IMG/VR virus record: IMGVR_UViG_2627854282_000001
Coordinates: 1 to 49,353 of that record
DNA length: 49,353 nt
Direction: 5' to 3' (one strand)
Source of the DNA: a virus
Taxonomy: Duplodnaviria; Heunggongvirae; Uroviricota; Caudoviricetes
Shown: positions 26,084-36,029 of the stretch, one piece after another
Layout of the letters: every line of letters begins with the position of its first letter
How positions within the stretch are numbered: the stretch's first letter is position 1
The notes under the pieces: model-generated
Database searches by the model: none
The model's input: the letters and a program-made list of their open reading frames with translations, nothing else
Told to the model about the DNA's origin: nothing
Position numbers and translations under genes: made by a program

Positions 26084-26581
26084 TTAGGCTGCCGCGACCG
26101 AAGCGACCGCCAAGCTGGCGGGCTGGCGGCCGTCGCCGAAGAACACCAGCGCGGCCGACCACTCCAGCGTGTCGGTATTCGCCCGGTTGAGGTCCGGCGT
26201 GATCTGGGCGCGGATGAACTCGCGGGCGCCACCGAGATCGACGTCGACCTCGAAGGTGCCAGTCTCGGTCGAACCGCCGGAATCGCCGGTCGCTGCGACC
26301 GTCGCCGAAACGGCGTCGCCATAGTCCGCGGCGCCGGAACCGCCGACGGTGTCGGCATCCTGGAAATTCAGAGCGAAGGACAGCGTGTTGCCCTGGCCAA
26401 GCGCGGTCGTGTAGGTGATGATCAGCTTGGCCGACATCGCGATGCCTTTGTCGCCCTTCCGGTCGACCCAGGCGCAGTCCACTTCGGTCGCATCGCCGGA
26501 GCCGCCGGCGGTCGCAGTCTTGTTGATTGCCTCGAAGGCGGTGCGGCAGTATGCGCCGCCATTGTAGATTTTGTCGCGCAT
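26084..26581 (-). CDS. Putative capsid decoration/cement protein
   Basis: Jelly-roll-like beta pattern (LSFALNFQDADT, REFIRAQIT) downstream of the major capsid gene. Confidence 0.65.
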   Translation of the reverse strand: MRDKIYNGGAYCRTAFEAINKTATAGGSGDATEVDCAWVDRKGDKGIAMSAKLIITYTTALGQGNTLSFALNFQDADTVGGSGAADYGDAVSATVAATGDSGGSTETGTFEVDVDLGGAREFIRAQITPDLNRANTDTLEWSAALVFFGDGRQPASLAVASVAAA

Positions 26582-26637
26582 GGGAATCTCCTGTTAGCGG
26601 GACGTTGCGGATGACCGATATGGCCGGATCGCTCCGG

Positions 26638-27045
26638 CTACTCGGCCTGCTTCTCAGCGGCGGCGCGCCGCTGAACTTCTGCGCTGATGACGCGCATCGC
26701 GGCATCCAGCGGCTTCTCTTCGGCCAGGAGCGTAAGCTCGCCGCCAACGATCTGCTGGGCGAGCTTGACGCGCTTCAGCCACTGCATGGTTTCCCAGTCA
26801 TCCGGGATGACGACGTCGCCGGCGGGCTCGACGACAGCCTCTTCGACCGGCGCCGCCGCCGGGGTGAAATCCGCGACGTCGTAGGTCTCAATGCCGTCCG
26901 GGACGGGGTAGAGCTCGATCTCCTTGGCTGCCAGACCCTTTCGGGCCAGCTCGGGAGTGATGCCGAACACCTTGCCCGACGGGATGTTCTTGTGGCGGAC
27001 GAGCGCCTTGACCGGAACCAGGCCGGTCAGCTTGATCACTTTCAT
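26638..27045 (-). CDS. Head-region hypothetical protein (135 aa)
   Basis: SD GAGGA; between capsid and decoration genes. Confidence 0.7.
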   Translation of the reverse strand: MKVIKLTGLVPVKALVRHKNIPSGKVFGITPELARKGLAAKEIELYPVPDGIETYDVADFTPAAAPVEEAVVEPAGDVVIPDDWETMQWLKRVKLAQQIVGGELTLLAEEKPLDAAMRVISAEVQRRAAAEKQAE

Positions 27046-27077
27046 GACTCTTTCCTCTCAGTTCCTTTTCGACACAC

Positions 27078-27105
27078 AGCGGGCCGGGGATGATCCCGGC
27101 CCGCT
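27078..27105 (-). other. Stem-loop just after the major capsid gene
   Basis: AGCGGGCCGGG-N6-CCCGGCCCGCT, 11-bp perfect stem, no U tract. Confidence 0.6.
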
Positions 27106-27112
27106 ATTGCGA

Positions 27113-28420
27113 TTAGGCGCCCCAGCGAACTGCGGTGAGAGAGGCGATCGCCTCGACGTATCGGCAGTCGAAGTCGTGCTCCGATTCCGCCCGCAGAACG
27201 GTGACGCCGTCCTGGAAGGCGTTGATGGTCTGCGAGCCGTTCTTGACGGTGGCGACGTCCGAAATCGCCAGCTGCATGCGCAGGCAGTCGCCGAACATGA
27301 CGTGGCCGAAGGCGATGAGCGAGATCGTGCTCTCGTCGGTCGTGCCGCCGCCGTTGATCGGGAACTGCGTGGTCTTGCGGACGCGGTAGCCCTTCCAGAT
27401 CGGGTTCTCACCCTGCAAGGTCGGGTAGATCGGGTTGCCGTTGCCGTCGCGCATGTCGGCCAAGAAGTTCATCACCCGGGGCGCCATGCGCCACTCAACA
27501 CGGACCAGCGGAACATTCGCGTTTTCGATCGCATTGAGCAGCTTGCGGGCATCGGCGTCGACCTGGGAATAAGTCGGCGCCGTGCTGTTGGTCGCGGCGG
27601 TGGTGTAGACGCCCGGGATATTGAGGATGCCGAGCGGGGTGTCTTCGAGGCCGTCACCGAAGAAGGCATTGTAGTCCATGACGGTGCCCATGGAGGTGGC
27701 GAGATCGCCCTGCGCCCAAGCGCCGACGTTCGGCCCGCTCCAGCGGATCAGCTGGTTGGAGATCGGCACGATGCCAGCGAGCAGCTTCGCCGACATGTTG
27801 ATGGCCTTGAACGACGGCGTGGTCACCGCGGCGGGCTTGGCTTCACCGCGGTACGCAGCGGTGGCTCCGGAAGCTGCCGCCGGCAGCTTGTAGGTGCCGT
27901 TCGGCATCGGGATGACTTCCGGCATGCCCTGCAGGAACGTGGTGTTCGGGCGCAGGATGTCGATGATGTCGTTCGACATGTCTTCCGGCAGCAGGATGCC
28001 GCCGGCGCTGGCGTTCGAGGAGATCATGGTGCGCTTCTGCGCGGGCTCGAACTCCCTGGCGACAGCGGCGTAGCCGTTGTCCTCGATGGCCTTCATCGTC
28101 GGGCGAAAACCGCGCACACCGTTCTCGTTGAGAGCGGTGACCATACCGGAAATGACGATGCCGACCTTCTCGACCGGCGTCAGATCCTTCTTCGGCTGAG
28201 CCGCGACCGTGGTGCCGGCCGGAGCATCGGCAGGCACCGCCGCGCGAGCGCGCGCCGCTTCCGAAGCCTGGAGGGTAGCGATATCCTCCAAAGTCTTCTC
28301 GACCTCGGTGGTCTTATCCTTCATGGCCTTCAGGTCATCGGCCGTGAGGGTGTCCTTCTTCTCGAGAGCCTCGAGTTCGCCGGCGAGTTCCTTCAACCGG
28401 GCTTGCAGTTTGGCGAGCAT
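27113..28420 (-). CDS. Major capsid protein, HK97 fold with N-terminal delta domain
   Basis: Coiled-coil N-terminus, GGILLPED, KLLAGIVPIS, GDGLEDTPLGIL, FQDGVTVLRAE motifs. Confidence 0.95.
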   Translation of the reverse strand: MLAKLQARLKELAGELEALEKKDTLTADDLKAMKDKTTEVEKTLEDIATLQASEAARARAAVPADAPAGTTVAAQPKKDLTPVEKVGIVISGMVTALNENGVRGFRPTMKAIEDNGYAAVAREFEPAQKRTMISSNASAGGILLPEDMSNDIIDILRPNTTFLQGMPEVIPMPNGTYKLPAAASGATAAYRGEAKPAAVTTPSFKAINMSAKLLAGIVPISNQLIRWSGPNVGAWAQGDLATSMGTVMDYNAFFGDGLEDTPLGILNIPGVYTTAATNSTAPTYSQVDADARKLLNAIENANVPLVRVEWRMAPRVMNFLADMRDGNGNPIYPTLQGENPIWKGYRVRKTTQFPINGGGTTDESTISLIAFGHVMFGDCLRMQLAISDVATVKNGSQTINAFQDGVTVLRAESEHDFDCRYVEAIASLTAVRWGA

Positions 28421-28441
28421 GGATACCTCCGTTCGCTCATG

Positions 28442-28469
28442 AAAAAAGCCGCCCGGTGAGGAGCGGCTT
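28442..28469 (-). terminator. Intrinsic terminator-like element immediately upstream of the major capsid gene
   Basis: Minus strand AAGCCGCTCC-tcacc-GGGCGGCTT then TTTT, ending about 20 nt before the capsid ATG. Confidence 0.7.
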
Positions 28470-28515
28470 GGTGATCCCCCGGGGAGCCCGGCAGGGAATT
28501 TCTGGATGCTGGTGG

Positions 28516-30099
28516 CTAGGCTGCGAGCAGTCCCTTCTCGGCGACGCGTGCGCGCGCCGCGGCCGCGGCAGCCTTGGCTGCGGTGACGTCTTCTTCAGAG
28601 GGCGGTTCCGGTGTCGGCGCCGGCGGTTCGGGCTCGGCGGCACGGCCGAAGATCTTCGCGAGCTTGGCGCTGAGGCGGTCAACGATCGCCTCGAGGGCGG
28701 TGACCTTCTCCGTGGCGTCCTTGGTGTCGACCTCGATCGACATCGACGCCACCGAGACCGGCGGTTTGGGCTGCGCGGCCTCCTTGATCTTGTTGACGCG
28801 GTCGCAGATCGATTGCGAGGTCTCGCCGATCTGCTTGATGGTCATCTCGAGCGGCAGCTTGAGCTCTTCAACCCGCTCGCCGGCGCGCTCGATCACCAGC
28901 GCCATGTCATCGCCGTCGCGGAGCACGACGATGTCGCCGTCCTCGACCAGCGTGGCGAAGGCGTCGAGCACTTCATCGGTCAGAAGGCCCTTGGCCTCTT
29001 CGCTCTTGCCTTCTTCGTCCGGATCGATCTCGGGATCATCCTGGTCATCCGGATCGTCGTCATCGTCCTTGACCTCCTTGTCGGCCTTCTCAGCGAGGAG
29101 GAAACGGTCGGCCTTGATGCCGCGGAACAGGCCGTTCCAGCCGTCGGTCAGGAATTCCACAGCCAGCGCGTGAACCCCCTTGAACTCGCCGTCGCTGACG
29201 ATCCAGCTGGCGATGACTTCGCCGGTTGCTTTCGCCAGGCAGTCCGAGAACGGCGAGCCCTTGTTTTCAGGATGGTCAGGCTTGAGCGTAACCTTGGCGC
29301 CGACGAACTTCTCAGCATCGTCGTTCGTCGCAGCCTTGATCTCCATCTCGGCGACCGGCACAAACTTGCGCGGCGCCGGGACCAAAGCCTTGTCGACGAT
29401 GAAAGTGGAGCGATTGACGCCGAGATCGAAATGCTTGGCCCGGTATTCCTCCATCGGGATCAGCAGGCCCTCAGGCGTCTTCGCCCATGTGTCGAGCACC
29501 TCCTCGATCAGCTCCCGCGCCAGCTTCAGGTCGCCGCCGGCATCCTTCACCAGCGCGTCGGGCTGCGCCGGGATCGGCACCACCGAGCACTCGAGGAGCT
29601 CCCAGGTGTTGTAGCGGAAGCCGCCCGTCCAATCGTCATCGTCATCGAGGATGAAATCGATGTCGTCCCAGTTCGGCGCGAAGCCGATCGACACGGTGCG
29701 CAGCGTACCCGCAGCGACGTGGCGCGCGGCGCGATCGGCATCTTCATCGACACCTTCGGCCAAGAAATTCAGTGTGCCTTCGGTCCGCTTCGGCCGACCG
29801 TTGAGGATTTTGGTGACGTCGGACCAGAGGCCGCATGGCCAGGACCGGCTGTTGTGGAACAGAAGGCCCTGCGGATTCTCCAGAAAGTGCGTGAAGTCGC
29901 CACCAGCCTGGACCACGATATCGCGGTAGCGGTCGACGCTCTCGCTGGTCATGATGAACCGCGCGCTTCGCGCTTCCTTGTTCCACGACGGCGGGGACTT
30001 GAAACCCTTCACCATCACCGGGCCGCGGGCGCCGTCGCGGACATGTTCCTTCCGCTTGGCGTGCACCTCGTCGGCGGACGCCCTTTTGAACTTGGCCAT
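28516..30099 (-). CDS. Prohead protease (HK97-type) with long C-terminal extension
   Basis: DRYRDIV, LLFHN, SIGF, ELLECSVVPIPAQPDAL motifs in the first ~190 aa. Confidence 0.9.
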   Translation of the reverse strand: MAKFKRASADEVHAKRKEHVRDGARGPVMVKGFKSPPSWNKEARSARFIMTSESVDRYRDIVVQAGGDFTHFLENPQGLLFHNSRSWPCGLWSDVTKILNGRPKRTEGTLNFLAEGVDEDADRAARHVAAGTLRTVSIGFAPNWDDIDFILDDDDDWTGGFRYNTWELLECSVVPIPAQPDALVKDAGGDLKLARELIEEVLDTWAKTPEGLLIPMEEYRAKHFDLGVNRSTFIVDKALVPAPRKFVPVAEMEIKAATNDDAEKFVGAKVTLKPDHPENKGSPFSDCLAKATGEVIASWIVSDGEFKGVHALAVEFLTDGWNGLFRGIKADRFLLAEKADKEVKDDDDDPDDQDDPEIDPDEEGKSEEAKGLLTDEVLDAFATLVEDGDIVVLRDGDDMALVIERAGERVEELKLPLEMTIKQIGETSQSICDRVNKIKEAAQPKPPVSVASMSIEVDTKDATEKVTALEAIVDRLSAKLAKIFGRAAEPEPPAPTPEPPSEEDVTAAKAAAAAARARVAEKGLLAA

Positions 30100-30107
30100 G
30101 ATGCCTC

Positions 30108-31502
30108 CTAGTTGCTGGAAATGAGGCGCAGCGACTTCTTGCCGGCCTCGGTCTGCGATCCGTCGCCGGTGTCGGACGTCCCGTCGCCCTTGCCGCCGTT
30201 CTTATCCGGCGCGTTGGAGCCCTGCAGGACGACCTTCCCGTCGCGGCCGACCACGGTCATGTTGGCCGGCACCAGCCGCACCTGGCCCTGCCCGTTGGGC
30301 AGTGGACCCCAGCCCAGCTTTGCGCGCGCCTCGTCGATCTCGATGACGCCACGCTCGACCGACCGGATGACTCGTTCGGTCTCGCGCTGCGTATCGCGCA
30401 AAGTCATCTCGTCGCGATCATGCTCGAAGAAGAGACCGTTGAGACGGTCCTTGCGGCTGAGGAGGACCCGCTCATAGCGCTGCTCGAAACGCTCGCAGAC
30501 AGGGACGAGCGTGTCGCCGACGTACATCTTTTCCTGCGTTTCCAGATTCTCGTACTTCGCGCCGTCCATCTGAAAGACCTTGTGCGGCGGCACGCGCAGC
30601 AGCCGGCAGGTCTCCTCGATCTGCGAGATGAACTGCTTGGAGAGCTCCAGTTCCTGAGGATTCGAGGCGATCTGATCGAACTTCAGGCCGCCCTCGAGCA
30701 CCACAGGCTCGACGCCGGCGCGGAAGCGATCCATGAGGATGCGAAACTGGCTGCGAAGCCGTTGGAACGCCACTTCGTCAAGGACGCCAGGCTGGTCGCG
30801 CGTGAAGACGCCTCTGATCTGGCCTTCCTCGCCGAACAGGGTATCGCGGAATTCCCCGATCGATTGCGCGGTCTCCAAGGTCCGACGCCCGGCGATCATG
30901 GTAGAATAGCCGTCCATGCCGTCGATCAAGCGACCGCGGACATGGATCATGTCGCGCTCAGGGAAGATCCTGTAGGAGTCGCCAAGTAGCGCTTGCTCCT
31001 GCATCGTGCTCGCCGAGACATGGTAGAAGATGTCGCGGCCTTCGACCATTTCGATGACTCGATTGGTCATGAACGGAAGCAGCTCGAGCGGATCGCCGAC
31101 CATGTTGCGGACGACGCCAGCCAGCGAATTCTGGCTGAAGCACATCCAATAGGCGGTCATCTCCTTGTACTCGTACCAAGTGTGGCGCCGGTTCGGCTCC
31201 AGAGCCAGCATCGCGGCGATGGGATGCTCGTTCGGATCGATCACGACCGACGTGTTGATCCCGATCTTCTTGCGAAGCCGGAGCGTGCTCTTCGCGATGT
31301 CCTGGGCGATGACGTCGCAGCACAGCATGAAGGCGGCTTGCTCGAGCGCCTCCCGAATGCCGAGCGTGCCGAAATTCGTGTTCATCCACTGGACCATCTC
31401 GGTCATGTCCATGACCGGGCCGTGGGACTTCTCCACAACTGGCACCTGCGATTTCGCCTCGACGACGTCCGCTGTGACGGTCGTCTCGCTCACATCATCC
31501 AT
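30108..31502 (-). CDS. Portal protein, HK97 family
   Basis: MIHVRG..DG..GYS, VLEGGLKF, CRLLRVPPH, YVGDTLVP motifs. Confidence 0.95.
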   Translation of the reverse strand: MDDVSETTVTADVVEAKSQVPVVEKSHGPVMDMTEMVQWMNTNFGTLGIREALEQAAFMLCCDVIAQDIAKSTLRLRKKIGINTSVVIDPNEHPIAAMLALEPNRRHTWYEYKEMTAYWMCFSQNSLAGVVRNMVGDPLELLPFMTNRVIEMVEGRDIFYHVSASTMQEQALLGDSYRIFPERDMIHVRGRLIDGMDGYSTMIAGRRTLETAQSIGEFRDTLFGEEGQIRGVFTRDQPGVLDEVAFQRLRSQFRILMDRFRAGVEPVVLEGGLKFDQIASNPQELELSKQFISQIEETCRLLRVPPHKVFQMDGAKYENLETQEKMYVGDTLVPVCERFEQRYERVLLSRKDRLNGLFFEHDRDEMTLRDTQRETERVIRSVERGVIEIDEARAKLGWGPLPNGQGQVRLVPANMTVVGRDGKVVLQGSNAPDKNGGKGDGTSDTGDGSQTEAGKKSLRLISSN

Positions 31503-33297
31503 TCGCTACTTCCTCGAATCCGATGATCCCGCGCAGCTTGTACGGGTCGATCACTTCCGGCTCCGGAGCCGTGGCCTTGGCATTTCCCGGCTCGAGCCTG
31601 CAGCCGTTGGCGAAGCAGAGCGCGACGGCGCCGTCGATCTTGCGGATGGAATTCTGCGTTTCCTTGCGCGGCAAGATGAGCCCGTTGCCCTTCCTGTCGC
31701 CGTGCACGTTCTGCATCATCCATTGCAGGACCGGATTGCCGTCATGCCACAGCCTTTCCGTCGCGATGCGGCCCTCGATGTCGTCCCAGGGCGGCGTCAT
31801 CGTCGGCGCTGTGTTCGGGTAGGTCATCACCGGACGGTTGCCGTCCCAAAGATGCTTGACGGTGTTGTGCGCCTGGTGCGGATCGCAGGCCACGACGACG
31901 ACATCAAAGACATCGCAGAACGCTTCAACATCCTCTCGGACCCGATCATGATCGGCGAGCGGGCCCGGCGTCAGCTCAAGGAAGCCGGCCTCATGCCAGG
32001 CCGCCAGATAGTCCGAAATCTCGGGGTTGCTCGCGGTGTCCGATAGCTCCGGCAGATAGAATTTGCCGAAGACGACGATTTCTCCAGTGGGCTCCTCGAA
32101 CAGCAAGATGAGCGCGCACATGTCGCGAACCTGCGCTAGATCGACGCCGATCCAGCAGCGGCGCCCGATATAGTTCTCGATCGCGATGTTGCGCTTGCAC
32201 GCCGCCCAGACATGCGCCTCGATGAGGCTGGTTCCGGAACCGATCCAGAGGTTGAAGCGCGTCCGGGCGACCTCCCGGCGCTTGTCGGGAAGACGCTTTG
32301 CCTTTGCGACGTCGGTGCGAATCTTGATGATGTCGAGGCTGACATCCATCATCGGATTGCACTTGTAGATCAGATCCTCGTTGCCGAAGAGCTTGTCGTA
32401 GTCGACCGCCTTTGTTTCCGGGTTGATGTAGTCATCGGGATCGAGAGTGTAGACCGCGGCGAAGAGCGTCCAGTCCTCGACCTTTCCCTCGAGGACCATC
32501 TTCGCTTCCAGGAGGAGATCGTAGCCCGGGCCTTCCGGACGATACCCCGCCGTCGTGATCATCCGTTTCAGAGCGTTCGGTCTGGCGCCGAAAGCTGATT
32601 CAACGACCGCATACACCGATTTCGCGCCGGCGTGGCCTTCCTCGAAGATCGCCAGGCTCGGGTTGAGACCGTCCTGCCGCTCTCCCTGGGAGCTCAGCAT
32701 GAAGATGCGGCCGTCGCCGCGGGTGATCGCTTCCTTGGTGACCTTCAGCCCGTACAGCTCTTTGAGCTCGGGCTCGTTGTTCACCATCTTGATGATGTCG
32801 CCGAAGAGCGTGTCCTCGGACTGCTTCTGCGTCGAGGCCGCGATCGGCACCTCGGCGGACCCACCACCGCAGCAGAGATCGAACAGCGCAGCAACCGTCG
32901 CCTTCAACGACTTCGCGTTCTTGCGCGGCATGATCTCGAGTGCCGTCGAGACCAGACGCTCGCCGGTGAGACGCCGGCGGAATCCTTGGATCGCCGCCTC
33001 AATCCATATCTGGCATGGCTCGAGGATGATGCGCGGATCGGGCTTCCCATCGGGCCCGATCTGGGTGAACTCCCAAGACCCGGGCTCGAAGTGCCGCAGC
33101 CTTTCCGCGAAACGGCAGTAATCGATGACGTGGATAGGCGAGAAGTAGAAATCGTTTGCCTGGTCTTCCGCCATCCCCAGCATGCGGAGATACCGCTCCG
33201 CCGCGGCGACCAGTAGGCGATTGGTCGGCAATCTCTTCGACGCCACCGCCTCGGCATATAGCCGGGCCATCCCGCAATAGTCGGGGACGAGCTCCAC
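31495..33297 (-). CDS. terL: Terminase large subunit
   Basis: Walker A PRKNAKS, Walker B AIFEEGH, RNase H IGVDLAQVRD and RKIDGAVA; start uncertain (GTG 33297 chosen, ATG 33270 alternative). Confidence 0.95.
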   Translation of the reverse strand: MELVPDYCGMARLYAEAVASKRLPTNRLLVAAAERYLRMLGMAEDQANDFYFSPIHVIDYCRFAERLRHFEPGSWEFTQIGPDGKPDPRIILEPCQIWIEAAIQGFRRRLTGERLVSTALEIMPRKNAKSLKATVAALFDLCCGGGSAEVPIAASTQKQSEDTLFGDIIKMVNNEPELKELYGLKVTKEAITRGDGRIFMLSSQGERQDGLNPSLAIFEEGHAGAKSVYAVVESAFGARPNALKRMITTAGYRPEGPGYDLLLEAKMVLEGKVEDWTLFAAVYTLDPDDYINPETKAVDYDKLFGNEDLIYKCNPMMDVSLDIIKIRTDVAKAKRLPDKRREVARTRFNLWIGSGTSLIEAHVWAACKRNIAIENYIGRRCWIGVDLAQVRDMCALILLFEEPTGEIVVFGKFYLPELSDTASNPEISDYLAAWHEAGFLELTPGPLADHDRVREDVEAFCDVFDVVVVACDPHQAHNTVKHLWDGNRPVMTYPNTAPTMTPPWDDIEGRIATERLWHDGNPVLQWMMQNVHGDRKGNGLILPRKETQNSIRKIDGAVALCFANGCRLEPGNAKATAPEPEVIDPYKLRGIIGFEEVANG

Positions 33298-33316
33298 CTC
33301 GCCCGTTTCGGTGTTC

Positions 33317-33802
33317 TCAAGCTCGAGTTTTGCCAGGTGTTCGCAGTCGGAACGGCGAAGCCCGCGAATTCGAGAAGCCGCAGTCCGCGAACTTGTTTTT
33401 CGCGCCGCCGGGCGCCGTGACTTGCGCATGCTGGGCGATGTCTAGTTCGCGCAGCGCGCTCTGGAATTTTGCCACGTCATGCGCACTGGGATACTTTCCG
33501 CTGGCGGCGAGATGATCGAATTTCTGATGCAGCAGCGCGACCAGCGATGCCCTCGTCACCGAGATCTTCGTCAGCTTGCTCTGCTTGAGGAGCTCGCCGG
33601 TGAGCTCGTCATATTTCTTCCGGCCGACAGCGTTGAGCGTGTATTCCGGTTCCGGAATCTCGGAGAGCCACGGGCCGACAACGATCTTTGCAGCCTGCCT
33701 TTCGGCATAGACAGCTTCTGAATTGTCGGCCCGGAACGTCCCCCGACGTTTCTTTTCGGCGTCCGAGAGCTTGTTGTGCCCCCCGCTACCCCTTCCGCCC
33801 AT
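33317..33802 (-). CDS. terS: Terminase small subunit (P27-like)
   Basis: MGGRGSGG...KKRRGTFR start, PEPEYTL...KKY, NKF end; directly upstream of terL. Confidence 0.85.
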   Translation of the reverse strand: MGGRGSGGHNKLSDAEKKRRGTFRADNSEAVYAERQAAKIVVGPWLSEIPEPEYTLNAVGRKKYDELTGELLKQSKLTKISVTRASLVALLHQKFDHLAASGKYPSAHDVAKFQSALRELDIAQHAQVTAPGGAKNKFADCGFSNSRASPFRLRTPGKTRA

Positions 33803-33998
33803 TGCTGCGCTCCTGCGCCCGCGGGCGGCCGTAAATCTTCTCGCCGATCTGGCGGAGCATCTCACGCTGCGGCCAGCTCAGTCGCGGATCGTCGACTGAG
33901 ATCACCAGCAAGCCCTGATCATGCAGCGCGTTCCGCTTCATGGCCTCGTAGTCGACCGTCGTCGGCGGCCTCAGTCCCGGCCGGAATCCAAGATTCAT
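33786..33998 (-). CDS. Small hypothetical protein (70 aa)
   Basis: ATGA-coupled to the upstream glycosyltransferase and overlapping the terS start. Confidence 0.7.
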   Translation of the reverse strand: MNLGFRPGLRPPTTVDYEAMKRNALHDQGLLVISVDDPRLSWPQREMLRQIGEKIYGRPRAQERSNGRKG

Positions 33999-34723
33999 GC
34001 GACGGCGACCGCGCCGGCCGCCCAGCGCTCGAGCTCCGCGCGCCACTCGTCGGCATACTCGCAGTTCTCATAGCCCGGCATGGTCGGAATACCGTCGGTG
34101 AAGTGCACGATGTCAGGATCTATCTCGGGATTCGTATGCCCGACCAGATAGTTCCAGGAGGCGTCGAGTTCGCCGATGAGACCGTCCTCGAGCCAGCAGA
34201 ATGCATGCAGATCGCGACCCGGCAGCGTGTTGACCATCTCGACGGTCAGCGCCTTGTTGGCCGGATGGTCGACGTTGAAAATCATGCAGCTCGACCAGTT
34301 CTTGCGCGCATACTGCGTCTGGACCTGGCCGTCCATTTTCAGACCTTCCGGCGGCGCGAAATTGTGCTTCACCACCATGACGGCTTTGTCGGTGTCGAAC
34401 CTGTTGAAAAGCGTCTCGACATTGGCGCGCGCCAGCACGTCGCAGTCGACGAAAAGCGCCAATCCGGTCTTGGCGAGATGCGGCACCAGGAAGCGCGAGT
34501 TCGAGAATTCGGTCGAGCACGGCGCATCCGAGATGTCATCCCAGATGCGGCCATCTCGAACGCTGGTCGGCCGATAGTAAAGGCCGGCGGCGCGCAGATT
34601 GGATTGCACCAGGCCGCGCACCTGAATCGGCGAGATCAGCCGGCGCTCGATCGACGCCTTGGCAGCCGCGAACGCCGCGGCCTCGCGCGGATCCCAGCCG
34701 ATCCAGATCGAATGCCGCGTCAT
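33995..34723 (-). CDS. GT-A glycosyltransferase (GT8-like phage family)
   Basis: IWIGWDPRE, STEFSNSRFLVP, DxD FVDCD, RKNWSS, HFTDGIP motifs; start 34723 by ATGA overlap. Confidence 0.85.
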   Translation of the reverse strand: MTRHSIWIGWDPREAAAFAAAKASIERRLISPIQVRGLVQSNLRAAGLYYRPTSVRDGRIWDDISDAPCSTEFSNSRFLVPHLAKTGLALFVDCDVLARANVETLFNRFDTDKAVMVVKHNFAPPEGLKMDGQVQTQYARKNWSSCMIFNVDHPANKALTVEMVNTLPGRDLHAFCWLEDGLIGELDASWNYLVGHTNPEIDPDIVHFTDGIPTMPGYENCEYADEWRAELERWAAGAVAVA

Positions 34724-35433
34724 TGAGGCTTCCTTTTGCCCTTGTGGTGGACGAGGCATGCCGCCAGTGGGCTCGTGGGAAACACGTGGCCCTTGCCGCC
34801 TGGGTTGAGATTGCGGACGACCATGCCCGGAATGCTTTCGAGGCAGCGGTCGAAGACGAATGCCGAGTGCCATTCCCGCAGCTCGAAGACCTTGTCGGTT
34901 CGGTAGAACATTGCGAATTTTTCGAGCAGCAGCCGGGTGCGGCTGTTCATCCGCAGCGCATAGAAGCCGATCTCGGAATGCGTGCCGGCCCTTTGCAGGC
35001 AGGCGATATCGCATATGCCGAGAAGATCCTGGACCCAGCCATTGGGCACGGGCTTTATGGTTTCGACGTCGGCGTCCAGCCAGACGAAGATGTCTCCGTC
35101 TTTCAGATCATCTAGCGCCGCCATGGGCGCCATCGCCTGCGGCATCCATTTCAGCGCATCATGCCGCCAGGAATAGCCGTTCTCATCGACCTTGACCCCG
35201 GCGATCTCTCGTCCAGAGGCTTTCGGAATGTCCGACCAGCGCCGGCGGAAAGCGTCGACGCCCGGGATCGCCTGAAGCGGAAGCGGGACACCGCGGTCGA
35301 TCGCCAAATGGGCGTCCGAGACCATTACCAGTTCATTGGCGCGCGGCCAGTATCTGGCGAAGCTCGCAACGAAGGTCTTGCCGTAGCGCTCCCACGCTGT
35401 GCCCCAGACCAGGCTGCAGACCCGGATGGTCAC
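34720..35433 (-). CDS. GT-A nucleotide-sugar transferase
   Basis: DxD motif WLDAD, HSEIGF, WHSAFVFD, HHKGKRK. Confidence 0.8.
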   Translation of the reverse strand: MTIRVCSLVWGTAWERYGKTFVASFARYWPRANELVMVSDAHLAIDRGVPLPLQAIPGVDAFRRRWSDIPKASGREIAGVKVDENGYSWRHDALKWMPQAMAPMAALDDLKDGDIFVWLDADVETIKPVPNGWVQDLLGICDIACLQRAGTHSEIGFYALRMNSRTRLLLEKFAMFYRTDKVFELREWHSAFVFDRCLESIPGMVVRNLNPGGKGHVFPTSPLAACLVHHKGKRKPQ

Positions 35434-36023
35434 CGGTCACCACCATGCATTCGGATGACCGTGCCGGACACATATGGCTGGAAGTAGAGCAGCGTCCGCG
35501 CCATCGCGGCGACCTCGGTCGCCGTCAGGAATCGCCTTTTCGGATGCGCAATGCGCCGGCGCTCGAGGTTTTCGACATCGACCCGCGATGTCGTCATCCT
35601 GCAGTCGCCGATGATGCCGGGCGAGATTGCCACCAGCTGCTGCAACTGGGAGGTCAGTTTCTTCCCTTCGACGTAGCTGTGCAGCAGCGCTTTGGCCGAT
35701 GCGTAGTTTTCGTCGAAGGAGCCGCGGTATCCGCTTTCGGAACCGATGACGCAGACCCTCGCAAGCACGTTCGAGGCGAAGATGAGATCGCAGGCCCGGA
35801 CGATCGAGCCATAGTTCACCTCGATCCCTTCCTTGATCTCCTCGTCGGTCTGATCCTCGATCCGCTTCGGCCGAAGCAGGCCTTGGCAGAACAGATACCG
35901 TTCCGCGCCGAGCGGGAAATTCGCATCGAGCGGTTTCCCGTGCACGATCTCCTCGTTCGACCGCAGAAGGCGCCTGAATTCCTCGGCGATGGCGCTGCGC
36001 CATCCGGTGATGACGATGGTCAT
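35430..36023 (-). CDS. Short-chain dehydrogenase/reductase (atypical)
   Basis: IVITGWRSAIA Rossmann start, VIGSESG, YASAK (YxxxK), ISPGII. Confidence 0.8.
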   Translation of the reverse strand: MTIVITGWRSAIAEEFRRLLRSNEEIVHGKPLDANFPLGAERYLFCQGLLRPKRIEDQTDEEIKEGIEVNYGSIVRACDLIFASNVLARVCVIGSESGYRGSFDENYASAKALLHSYVEGKKLTSQLQQLVAISPGIIGDCRMTTSRVDVENLERRRIAHPKRRFLTATEVAAMARTLLYFQPYVSGTVIRMHGGDR

Positions 36024-36029
36024 CTCCAG

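Noticed and set aside
25869-26747. 292-aa ORF in the track
   Set aside because: Upstream part overlaps the decoration gene in another frame; only the last 50 codons have an SD and their own space
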